DNA of 29,470 nucleotides. Origin: Catajapyx aquilonaris. Its lineage: Eukaryota. Location: contig JYFJ02001099.1 of NCBI GenBank assembly GCA_000934665.2, positions 62,001 to 91,470 on the forward strand, given 5' to 3'. Under the pieces are notes generated by a model. It was not told the origin of the DNA. It did no database searches and saw only the letters and a list, made by a program, of their open reading frames with translations. The translations under genes and the position numbers were made by a program. Positions 1-9,955 of the stretch are shown in pieces. Position 1 is the stretch's first letter. The number at the start of each line of letters is the position of its first letter.

Positions 1-116
1 GCTGAGCGATTATTGTGGCTTATGTAACGTGGCTTTGCCAATGCTGAGATGCCTCCACACTGACTTTTGCCGTGCATATTGTTACAATGTGGGGTAATCA
101 TTTGTCGTAACCGTAG

Positions 117-1758
117 TTCACAGTAAAGGCCGTGAAAGACTACCAAGCAGCCCAGAGAAACGAACTGTCGTTCAAGACGGGCGCAATCATCACCAATGTC
201 ATCAAGGTGTCTGGTGTGTGGTGGAAGGGCGACTACGGTGGGAAGAAAGGGCATTGGTTCCTTAGAAAATACACGAAGGAAATAGATCAACCAACATCAG
301 GAGCTGAGGAACATCAGCAGACAGTAAGTGTGCGATATATTCCAGTAACATTTAAACGACATTTAATTAATCTAATAACAAGACAGATGAGCCGGAGAGT
401 TGGGCCAAAGGCACGATGGATGTTACGGGCGTTACGGCCGACGTGAGTGAACGGCCTGGAATGCCCTTTCCCTGGAACCTGAGGATTCAGCCGCAGTCCG
501 GACGCAACGTTCTGAACGTCGAGTTCTTCTCGAAGGAAGAAGCCACCAAATGGAAGGACAAGATAGTCGAAATTGCAAGAAAAGCTGCTGATAAGGTCGG
601 ACATTTCGTGTTCCAATGGATCTTCTCGGGGTTCTTTTTTCAATAACAAGCCTCGAGTATCTCATATGGTTTCGTCATATCTGTCTGAATCGTTGGTCCA
701 CAGGAAATCCGTCGTATCAAGATAGAGCGAGAGAAGAAAGTGGCTAAAGAACTATCCAACCTGATAGTCTACTGCCAGGCTGTCACTTTCAATCTGGAGC
801 GTCTGAAGGGTCCAAAGAGATTCAGAGAGATGAGTTCAGTCACGGAGATTCGAGCAGAGAACCTTCTGGTTCGGAGGGAACACATGTTCTTCCTGCATCA
901 CCATCAGATCCAGCTGACCCGGGTCTACCCAAAAGGTCAGCGATTCGATTCGTCCAACTATGACCCGACTCCTTGCTGGAACGTGGGTTGCCATATGGTC
1001 GCACTCAACTACCAGACACCCGACTACTCCATGCAGGTCAGATTAAGATCAGGTCAAAGTTCAAGTGATTCATAATAAATATTGCAGATCAACCATGGAA
1101 TGTTCCTTGGCAATGGAGGCTGCGGGTACCTGCTGCGTCCGGACTGCATGTTCGAACCCGGGTACGACCCGTTTGACCCGGAGACGCTCGGGGTTAGTCA
1201 CACCCGGGTGCTGCGGGTCAGGGTCATCGGAGCCAGACATTTGTCCAGGGTCAGCAGTGGGGGACGGAGACTCGGGGTGCTCTCTCCCTATGTGGTGGTA
1301 GAGGTCATCGGGGCTCCTTACGACTCAGGGGCCAAGAACCGGTACAGCACTCTAGCTTTGAGTAAGTCGCAGCCTTTAAATATGAAATTTGAGTAGTTTT
1401 AATAATGTTTTTAGTTGACAGCGGATTCAGTCCTTTGTGGGACGAATGGACAGATTTGAGTGTGAGGAACCCCGAGTGCGCCTTGCTGAGGTTCGTGGTG
1501 TACGACAAGGATGCGTTCAACGAGCCGCATCTGGTGGGACAGGCGACCTACCCGATCGCCTGCTTACGACAGGGTTACAGGAGCGTACCATTGAAGAACG
1601 GGTACAGCGAAGAGCTAGAGCTGGCGTCGCTTCTGGTGCATCTTCAGGTTCTCATCGGGAAGGAAGAAGAAGAAGAAGAGGTTCAATCACCCAGGATGCT
1701 GCAGGACGGAAGGTTGACAACGTTCTTCGGCGATGACATTGACGAATCGACAATGTAA
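117..1758 (+). CDS. PLCG: Phospholipase C-gamma, 3' part (SH3, C-terminal half of split PH, catalytic Y box, C2); 5' exons lie outside the window
   Basis: Exons 117-323, 383-595, 704-1036, 1088-1361, 1415-1758 join in frame across GT-AG introns. SH3 FTVKAVKDY..ELSF..WWKGDYGGKKGHWF; Y box ELSNLIVYC..EMSS..QLTRVYPKGQRFDSSNYDP..MVALNYQTPD; C2 RVRVIGARHL..LRFVVYDKD..GYRSVPLKNGYSEELELASLLV. The order SH3-cPH-Y-C2 is diagnostic of PLC-gamma. Confidence 0.95.
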
Positions 1759-2129
1759 GGTATAGGATGTGCTAATGACGTACTGTGTATATGACTTGCT
1801 TCGTATTGCAGGGATATGCAACAAGAGATGGAACAGTTATGGACAAGGATGTACGACTCATACGTAAGGAATGAGGAGGAAACATGCTTGTGAGACATGC
1901 CTAATTCGTTGCGATGTTTTTGTTCAGATAAATTGCAGACTGAGTTGCAATAAACCTGAATGTTGTTACATGAAGTCTTGTTATCTCCTATCCGGAAGGT
2001 GTCATATCTAAGCCACAATAATTATCTCGCTGTTCCTGAAATAATACGTCACACGTTTCACTAGAAATTTTCCCATTACGTGTCACTACCCTGAATAATA
2101 TATTACTAACCGTCACTAAATATATGGTC

Positions 2130-2139
2130 GGGAAAACCC
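2130..2139 (+). promoter_or_regulatory. kB-like site GGGAAAACCC in the promoter of GPI-family gene 1 (second site GGGAAAATTTC on minus at 2064-2074)
   Basis: Resembles Rel/Dorsal consensus; lies between a TATA-like TAAATATA (~2117) and an Inr-like TCAGTT (~2159). Motif match only. Confidence 0.45.
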
Positions 2140-2175
2140 ACCGTTCAAGAGTGTGCCGTCAGTTGTTCAGCAACA

Positions 2176-2889
2176 ATGAAGGTGGCTACCGTCCTCTGCG
2201 TCTTCGTAGGTGAGTTTGGTTGATTTTATCATTATGAAATTGAAGCCAATAATAATTGCACGTGATTGACAGCTCTTTCTGCTAACTCGTGTTGGGCACA
2301 GGCGCCCTTGTGCCTAAGGAAACTTAGCCAACAACTTGAGGAAATCAAATCTGCGAATGCTTTCGGTAACAACTTAACTGTTACGTGCAGGTGAGTATAA
2401 TGACGATTAGTGGTAAAAATAGAAACTATTGTGCCTAAACTTCCTGTGATATTTTAACTCGCAGGATAGGGAAGGACATGTACGAGTGTCTGCAGAAAGT
2501 GCTGAGAGACAATCCCCCTCCTGCATTCCGCAAAGCCCTTACGGGTCCAAGCGACCACATCAGACGAGTCATCATGGTAAGTGCACATATGGTAGATATT
2601 TCTCACAAACGGTATACAATATCCAGAGAGAGAGAAAAAAAATGTAGTCTTTCCGTTTCAGAATCTGTGTTTGGAGCAGCTGCCAGCAGAACATGAAGGC
2701 ACTTCTACTCCCTCACCATACACCACGCCCCTTGATCTTGAAGCCACGCCTCAAACCACGCCTTTCACACAAAAGGCTCCGCCTCCTGCGGACAATCTTG
2801 ACAGCAGTAACACTGGATTGTCAATTGCCCCACGTTTCATCCCATTAATACTTATTCTCGCGCACGTTAGCGCAGCACTAATTCTCTAA
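2176..2889 (+). CDS. Secreted, predicted GPI-anchored 4-Cys helical protein, paralog 1 (163 aa)
   Basis: Exons 2176-2209, 2273-2390, 2465-2576, 2662-2889 (phases 1,2,0). Signal MKVATVLCVFVALSANSCWA; domain CLRKLSQQLEEIKSANAFGNNLTVTCRIGKDMYECLQKVLRD..VIMNLC; Pro/Thr stalk; DSSNTGLSIAPRFIPLILILAHVSAALIL* GPI-type tail; AATAAA ~25 nt after the stop. Confidence 0.88.
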
Positions 2890-3256
2890 CAAAATGTAAC
2901 TTATAACTTACAATAAAATTGATATTTTACGTCATATTTTAGTAATTACAAGTATTTTAGTCACACTGGTGGTCGAGCCACCAATTTGTCTGTCTTGGCA
3001 CGTAATGATCCAACAGAGTCAAGTGTTGTAGCATGTGTTTGTTGACTGATAAAGTTTAAGTGCACCAGCCTTTGAGTTTTTAGAAATTCACCGGGGATTA
3101 CATATCTGCTGATAAGATTAAAAATGTAAGCGGCGGATAAATGGAATTTGCCGATAAGGGAGTTGCACGTCCGAAAGACGTTGGCTGCTGATTAAACATA
3201 TCAGGTGCAAGTGCTAATGTGTCAAGTTCAGTCGGTTTAATTAGCTCAGAGGAACA

Positions 3257-4364
3257 ATGAGGGTCCTCTGCTGCGTACTGGTTGGTGAGTTTAGTGAATT
3301 TCAATGCATTTTATATGTCGCCAATCGTTTCTGTCACTTTCATATTAGTGACATTGTTTGCTACAAGTTGCTGCGGAAATGATTTTTCATGTTGGGACCG
3401 ACTAAAGAGGGAGGGAAAGTTGGATCTGTTAATCCATGTGGATGACGACACGGGTGTCGACTTCACTGCTCTGTGCCCGTAAGTGCAACGCAATAAGTAG
3501 GCCTATATTTTAAAAATGGAAATTTTGTCTGTAAGTAAGATGTTCATATGGTGAGTTCCATCTAAAATAAACTGTCCGTAGAGACTAATTTATACATTTT
3601 TATAATTAATCTGCTTACTATATTATCAAGAGATAATAACTTGCTATTATGAAGCTTCTGCCTGTGTTTACGGACAATCAAAAATATTGTCTGCTTATAT
3701 ACACAGATTTCTGTTGCTTATTTATCAAGATATATTTTCAGTAATTTGCATATTTTTAAACGGTTACTTTCTAATAGTTAAAATGTTACCTGGTAACTTT
3801 TTGTTGTCTATTAATGAATTAATATTTTTCTCAGGAAACTTAGGGAATTAGTCGATTGCTTGGACCAGCTACTTAGAAAGCGTCTTTTTCCTAAAATAGA
3901 AGCGGAAGAGACGGCTACCTTCAGGCACCAAATTCAACAATACCTCATCGTAAGTTCACGCCCCCGTCTATCTGATTGATCTCATAATTATTAGTGAGTT
4001 AAAAATAATTAATCGAAAACATTGTACGCATCATGTATGCGCAAACAAGTGCACTTTTCAAGAGTGTATCAGGTTGAATCATCACATGAAGTACTTAGAA
4101 GCTTATTATACTTAAGTACTTAAACATCGTCTTAGACAATACAGATTTGGCCATATTTGTTATTAATCTATAACATGATTTTTCTCTCCAATTCAGGAAT
4201 ACTGTTCGGAACACAAACTTGGCAGCAGTAACACTGATGGAATGTTAGTGACTCCACATTTCACAATGTTTCTTTGGTTAATGTTGTGTTTTTATTCACT
4301 TGGCATAGTGACATTATTCGCGAAGGAGAGACCCGGAGAGAACTGTCATGTTTCGAGAAAATAA
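3257..4364 (+). CDS. 4-Cys helical family paralog 2 (146 aa); last exon runs into exon 2 of the next paralog, giving a TM segment plus short tail
   Basis: Exons 3257-3284, 3349-3478, 3835-3949, 4197-4364 (phases 1,2,0). MRVLCCVLVVTLFATSCCG-NDFSCWDRLK..FTALCPKLRELVDCLDQLL..YLIEYCSEHKLGSSNTDG..HFTMFLWLMLCFYSLGIVTLFAKERPGENCHVSRK*. Confidence 0.82.
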
Positions 4365-5109
4365 AGGAAAAATGGGGATTACCTCTACCTGTGAACAACC
4401 AGGGTTACACCAGCCTCACCACACTGTGTCAGTAAGTACCATAGAAGCTGTAATACAAGGAATGACGTAAACTGCCCAAGTCCACCACAAGACCATCTTC
4501 AAATTAGCGTTACCAGCAAATATGACAAAATAATGAATAATTAAATAAATGTAAAATATATGACTATATTTTTCAGGGTGGCTAAGGAGGCGGATGATTG
4601 CGTGACTCTGGTGCTGGAAGATGATCACGTCCTTACTCCACAAGAAAAAAAACTCTGGAGGAATTACGGGAAAGATTACAAAACCTTTCTCACAGTAAGT
4701 TGACCGAACATGACATGAGCAACACGTACAAATAATTATGGCAACAACTTGCAAGTGCGTAAAATTATAAAGATGTTTAATTCCTCATATTGTGAAGGTA
4801 ACATTTGTGAAAATGGCTTAATCAGTCGTTATGCAGTAATGACTTGTATTTATCATGATGGAATTTAGTAACATTAGAGTGCATTATTCCAACATGTAGG
4901 AGTCTCATAATTTTCATATTTTTCAGAAATACTGTTTCGGGTCACCGCCAGCAAAATACGAAGGTAATCCCAGGTCATCATCACGTTCCAAGCATCCTTC
5001 TGACAATCTCGGCAGAAGCAACGCAGGACTGGCAGTTAAACCCAATAATTTTACCCAGTTAATCCTTCTCTTCACCGCACTTTGTATTATGAACTGGTTG
5101 AAATTTTGA
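4309..5109 (+). pseudogene. Headless paralog 3 (exons 2-4 only; frameshift near 4325-4340), or an alternative exon cassette of paralog 2
   Basis: Exon 2 4309-4431 (VTLFA../ELSCFEKIKEKWG..SLTTLCQ), exon 3 4577-4694 (VAKEADDCVTLVLED..EKKLWRNYGKDYKTFLT), exon 4 4927-5109 (KYC..DNLGRSNAGLAV..LILLFTALCIMNWLKF*). Splice sites intact; no own exon 1; the VTLFA and ELSC segments are in different frames. Confidence 0.7.
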
Positions 5110-5200
5110 TGTAGCTCCTTGTAATAATCAAATGCCAGCTGATGTATGACGGTTTGTGTCATATTTCACTTAATAAACCCTGCTTATTATAAACACTATA

Positions 5201-5290
5201 TCCTCCGGACAAACTTGGCCGCAGTAACACTGGATTGTCAAGTGATCCCACATTCCGTTAATGCTTCTGTTTAGCTTATTAAAATATGAT
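5201..5290 (+). pseudogene. Orphan remnant of the family's GPI-signal exon
   Basis: cctccggacaaacttggccgcagtaacactggattgtca (PPDKLGRSNTGLS) matches the ends of paralogs 1 and 5; no upstream acceptor or domain. Confidence 0.7.
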
Positions 5291-5436
5291 AACCTTCATT
5301 CAGTATGCAAAATATTGTATGTCTGATTTTTATTAAATATATATTTTGCGGTGATAATAACTAGTGAACCCATTGCAAATATTTGGCGAAACCTATCGTA
5401 TAGGACGATCAGACACCTTTAATGAGAAGGCCAGCG

Positions 5437-5560
5437 GATTTATCACGCAGTACTACTCTTCATACGCAGATGGCGCATACTCCCTCTGCACACTCCTGCC
5501 ACCCTCAGGTCGTGCGAGAGATAGCTGTACTATGTCGGACAAACATCCGACAGAGAGAAT
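5437..5560. repeat. Dispersed ~125-bp repeat, copy 1
   Basis: gcagtacta..agatggcgca..ctgcacactcctgccac..ggacaaacatccgac.gagagaat recurs at 11431-11555. Confidence 0.8.
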
Positions 5561-5813
5561 AAGCCTATTAGGAGAAATATTATTTTCCTATAGTCTTAAA
5601 GTGATTTTGTACGCAATTATTAAGAGGCAAGGAAAGAAGTTTGTACAATGTATACAATAATAAGGATGAGCTGCGGTGGAGAAACTAGAAGATAGGAACA
5701 TCAAGGGGGGAGTAACAAGTCTTGTGGTTTCTTGAAAGGATGTTATGACTGTTATTTTTACAAGGAAAGTATCCTTCAGTTCCAAGTGTGTCGTCTTAGG
5801 TTGTTCAGCAACA

Positions 5814-6741
5814 ATGAAGGTTGTTCTCTTCGTCATCGTGGGTGAGTTTGGTTTGTTTGAACCACAGGGCATTGAATCTGAAGCATTAAACCATACGTTG
5901 CTTACACTGTCTTGATTGACAGCGGTTTTTGCTAATTGGTGCATGGGACAGGAGGAGATGCCTTTGTGCTTGGCGAAATCTGAACAAGAACTTGAGGATA
6001 TTGATTCTGATGAGGATGATGTCAGCTTAACTGCTAAGTGCCAGTGAGTAATGGTTTTTAGTATAATTTTTCTTTTAAAAGACACAAAGGCTCGGTTGTA
6101 GTACTGGTACTGAAAGCATGAATATAACTGATCATATTTTTATTAATGAACATTTAGGGTGGAATTTTTGTCACACTGCTAGTTAGCAAAATCATAATTA
6201 TTATGCCCTCATTACCGCCTGGACCTTTGATCATTTGGACGTTAAATTTTTGGACAGTACCTGCTTATACTGTATTATATCCGCAGGGTAATTAAGGATC
6301 TGCATGACTGTTTGAATAAATTGCTGGAAGATGGTTCCTATCCTGAATTACTCGAAGTAAGGGACACATCCGGAAAATTCTACAGGGTAAGTGCACATTG
6401 TAGTTATGTAAGCCCTTTCACATAAATAATGGATACTGCCTCCCTATAATATTGCTTGTAAATTATGGCTTCTCCAAGATGAACAAATTGTATTATTTGC
6501 ATATTGGTTACGTTATGCTACAATGATTGCTTTCCTTTTTTTACAGGAAATCTGTCTGGTGCTGCTTCCAGAAGAATATGAAGACATCGCACCACCTGCC
6601 ACATCACCTGACACGTCTCCTGCTGATGCTGACATAATTGGCAGCAGTAACAATGGATTGTCAATTATTGCACCTCATTTCATCCCGTTCACACTTTTCT
6701 TTTCATTGCACTTCGTATTGCTTGCAATGCTCTTTGTCTAA
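5814..6741 (+). CDS. 4-Cys helical GPI family paralog 4 (147 aa, acidic)
   Basis: Exons 5814-5841, 5923-6043, 6287-6386, 6547-6741. MKVVLFVIVAVFANWCMG-QEEMPLCLAKSEQELEDIDSDEDDVSLTAKCQVIKDLHDCLNKLLED..FYREIC..GSSNNGLSIIAPHFIPFTLFFSLHFVLLAMLFV*. Confidence 0.88.
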
Positions 6742-6777
6742 CTTACTGAGATGTACTGTACTGTACTGTACCCTACA

Positions 6778-6870
6778 AATTGGCAGTCTCAGTAACAGAA
6801 TGGGTTGTCAATAATTGTACCACATTTACACTTTTTTATTGCACTTTATTGTCTTGCTTACTAACCTAAC
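6778..6870 (+). pseudogene. Second degenerate GPI-signal exon copy in the 3' UTR of paralog 4
   Basis: aattggcagt..cagtaaca..gttgtcaataattgtaccacatttacactttt..attgcactt repeats 6637-6712 with indels. Confidence 0.6.
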
Positions 6871-6882
6871 TATCGAACAAAT

Positions 6883-6941
6883 GTGATGGGAACTTGGAAT
6901 AAAATTAATTGCCAATTAATTTCATTCCAAGTTCCCATCAC
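6883..6941. repeat. 59-bp near-perfect palindrome overlapping an AATAAA
   Basis: gtgatgggaacttggaataaaattaattg-c-caattaatttcattccaagttcccatcac: 29-bp arms, one mismatch. Confidence 0.9.
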
Positions 6942-7283
6942 TGGCGAGATATTTTAAAACAGATCTATACACATTTTATTGGAAATTTCAGGAAAATGTG
7001 TGCACGCACTATATGCTTGTGATTGTGGAAGATATTTTCGTGCCGTGAAATTGCAAAATTGCGAAATGTTTGCGATCACACAATCAAGAAGATTTCTATT
7101 TCGGTAATCAAACTGATAATGAGTCACCCGCCTATCCCTATATGTACTGAATGATTACGAGCTTGCTGTAAATAAAAGTCTGATTAGGGAAAATTACCCT
7201 TCGGTTTCTGCAGGATGTAACTACAAGTATATTTACTGTCAAGATAATATAATTATTTCAGTCCTTTGTATAGTTCAGCAACA

Positions 7284-7317
7284 ATGAGGCTTGGTATCGT
7301 CCTGTGCGTCTTTGTCG
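7284..7317 (+). pseudogene. Orphan exon 1 (signal peptide) of the GPI family with lost donor site
   Basis: gttcagcaacaATGaggcttggtatcgtcctgtgcgtctttgtcg (MRLGIVLCVFV) has the same leader as paralogs 1 and 4, but is followed by atgcaa instead of gtgagt; kB-like GGGAAAATTACCC at 7187-7199. Confidence 0.65.
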
Positions 7318-7809
7318 ATGCAAACAATACAATCCAATTACCTAAGTATCCTGATGTAAGAGTCACCCTGTATTGTGCGGGGATGACTCATTAAAAAAAA
7401 GTTGTACACAAAATAATGAAAACTATACTTTATAGCAGTATAGGCAGAGTTACATTTAGGGTACTTCTCTTTTTTTTTACTGAAGGAAATGTTTTTTTTG
7501 TTGCTCTTATGGGTATATTTTTTTTGAACAGAAATTTCGGCAATAATGGGACAAAATAAGGATTTGACATCGGTACAATTTGGTTAATTCTAACTATTTC
7601 AGGACGCGTATGACGAGTTGAAATTTCGAAACCGGGCTTCCCTGTCGGCTGATAATTAATATTTAAAAATATAGGTAGTGAAAAAAAACCCGGATATTTG
7701 GTAATGGGATGTGGTGCGGTGGGTGCAAACTAAAATACGTACTATATCATATATAAGTTACGCCTACGTATACTGTGTGATTCAGTCAGTTAAGATGCAG
7801 GAACAAAAT

Positions 7810-8723
7810 ATGAAGCTGACAGTCCTCTGCGTCCTGGTTATTAGTGAGTTTAGTGAATTCCATGATCGCTCATTTGAACTAATACACATTATCACTAATA
7901 TTTCTTGCAATTTACAGTCACATTATTCGCAACTCAGGAGAGCCGGGGACAGTATTTGTCATGTTTGGATCGACTCGAGCTTGACGGAACATTGGATTCG
8001 CTGTCATTGATGCTCTTCTCTCTAAGCGACAACTACCCTGCTATGTGCAGGTAAGTGTAAACGAGGTTACTATTACGTGGTAATTTGTATTGATTTTTTT
8101 TTCCATTTATGTGTACATACTCATATTATTTATTTTCTCAGGATGAGTAGGCAACTGGCCGATTGTTTGGACAAGCTCCTGAGGGTTCGTCCAATTCCGA
8201 AAGAAAAAGAAGTAGAGTACACTAGTGTCAGGAACAAAGCGCGACGATTTATCACCGTAAGTTCACACATATCTGCTTGACCTCATAATTATATGAGCAA
8301 GTTAAAAAATTCTCCAAATACCAATAGTACTTTCCAAAATAATAGCACATATGGAGGAAGTAACAGCTGTGTTGTCTTATAGACAATGTATGAAACTATC
8401 TTGTATTTATATATGCATTTAATTAACTTATAACGTACCATATAATTTTCGTTCCGTTTCAGAATCATTGCTCAGCGTATCCGCCGGACACAACTATTAA
8501 AGACATATCTACTCCTTCATCACAAACCACGCCCCTGGTACCTCCTCAGACCACGCCCCCTGTTAAAACCACGCCCCTTACACGTCCTCCGACCCCGCCC
8601 TTTCCACAAAACGCCCCGCCTCCTCCAGACAAACTTGGCAGTGGCAGCAACAATGGATTGTCGGTGACCCCACATTATTTCACCCTGTTAATAATGCTTT
8701 ATGTTCACTACTCCTTTGTCTAA
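7810..8723 (+). CDS. 4-Cys helical GPI family paralog 5 (180 aa, long Pro/Thr stalk)
   Basis: Exons 7810-7843, 7918-8050, 8142-8256, 8463-8723. MKLTVLCVLVIITLFATQESRG-QYLSCLDRLE..YPAMCRMSRQLADCLDKLL..FITNHC; TTP repeats; GSGSNNGLSVTPHYFTLLIMLYVHYSFV*; AATAAA at ~8754. Confidence 0.88.
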
Positions 8724-8838
8724 CTTACTATAAAAACGTGAAGTATATCCTACAATAAAAAATGATCTGAATTATCCGCTAATAAGATTTTATGTCTTTA
8801 AGTATAATCTGCAAAAATTTCGCAATGAAGCAGTGCAT

Positions 8839-8849
8839 GGGAAATCCCC
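8839..8849. promoter_or_regulatory. kB-like site GGGAAATCCCC (also GGGTATTTCC on minus at 8981-8990)
   Basis: Match to GGGRNWYYCC; intergenic, ~1 kb upstream of coiled-coil gene A. Confidence 0.45.
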
Positions 8850-9123
8850 TAAGGTATGTCCCAGCTCGTGGTCCAGCTGGCACCAGACTTCTTGTAAACA
8901 AACTATAGTTTCCTGCTAGACATAGCTCAAGGACTATGAAAGCCAGCAGGATCATGAACTATAATGATAGTCCAACCCGTGGAAATACCCGAAACTCTTT
9001 CCAAAGCTAGTTGGCCATGAAGTTTAATTTTGGCACAGTCTGTGGGCCGGTTAGCATTGAGAGCAGTCAGGGTCAAAGTCAAGGTCCTTTCCTTTACTCA
9101 TTATTCCGAGAATTCATGTACAG

Positions 9124-9519
9124 TACACTCCGGATACATATACTCATTGCACGGGTTAAATGTGTTTATCCCGGAAAAAAGATCACTCTTGTCATGGTTA
9201 TTTAACCCGGACATTTCTTAGTCGTGGTTATTTAACCCGGACATTTGTTAGAGTAGAGTGTATACACTCTAAGAAATGTCTAAGAAATTGTCATGGTTAT
9301 TTAACCCGGACATTTCTTAGTCATGCTTATTTAACCCGGACATTTGTTAGTCATGGTTATTTAACCCGGACATTTGTTAGAGTGTATCGAGTGTATACAC
9401 TCTAAGAAATGTCCGGGTTAAATAACCATGACTAAGAAATGTCCGGGTTAAATAACCATGACAAAAGTGATATTTTTTCCGGGATAAATACATTTAACCC
9501 GGACATTTCTTAGAGTGTA
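9124..9519. mobile_element. Non-autonomous foldback/MITE with TA-CACTC...GAGTG-TA ends and 30-bp subterminal repeats (CACTA/EnSpm-like)
   Basis: Unit tcatggttatttaacccggacatttcttag in several direct and inverted copies; 9151-9222 is the reverse complement of 9430-9501; internal gagtgtatacactc end-to-end junctions at ~9256 and ~9389. Superfamily assignment is inferred from the termini. Confidence 0.8.
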
Positions 9520-9611
9520 AGCTGAGACATGGCAATGTTGTTGGGATATCAATTTAATCGTATGATGACATCAGACCTTTCCAGAGAGGGCAAGGAACGG
9601 TGTTAGTCTGA

Positions 9612-9622
9612 GGGGAAATCCC
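9612..9622. promoter_or_regulatory. kB site GGGGAAATCCC upstream of coiled-coil gene A
   Basis: Canonical kB consensus ~200 bp upstream of Inr-like TCAGTC (~9816). Confidence 0.5.
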
Positions 9623-9768
9623 TCGTAACATGTGACATGTAGGAATAGTGTTTAAATGTACAGATAAAATACAAACAATATAATGATATATTGTTACTTA
9701 TTAGTTCTGAATAAGCAAACTTTAAAAATTGAGTCCTTTTTTAAAACATTTTAGGGCATCAAACGTAG

Positions 9769-9780
9769 TTGTAACCCTGC
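9769..9780 (+). promoter_or_regulatory. Conserved proximal promoter 12-mer TTGTAACCCTGC (also 12483-12494 and 14553-14564)
   Basis: Identical 12-mer shortly upstream of the first exon of each of three paralogous genes. Confidence 0.65.
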
Positions 9781-9955
9781 TTTGTTTATAGCATGTGGAC
9801 TTCCTTGAACTTTATTCAGTCGCTGTTCGGAGTTGCAGCCGTGCAGTCGGACACGTTGGTCTCCATTCGACAGAAAGGTATGGTAACAGTTCATTTTCGT
9901 CAAATCGTTTTGCTCATTTTTTCCCCCTCCAATTTCCAGTAATTTCGTGACCATC

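Noticed and set aside
7284..7660. Small spliced secreted peptide from the orphan exon 1 (donor ~7355, acceptor ~7602)
   Set aside because: Truncated signal peptide, no family Cys pattern, no independent support.
9160..9519. CRISPR-like array of 30-bp repeats and ORF 9160-9405
   Set aside because: No unique spacers; units are tandem and inverted inside TIRs; eukaryotic context.
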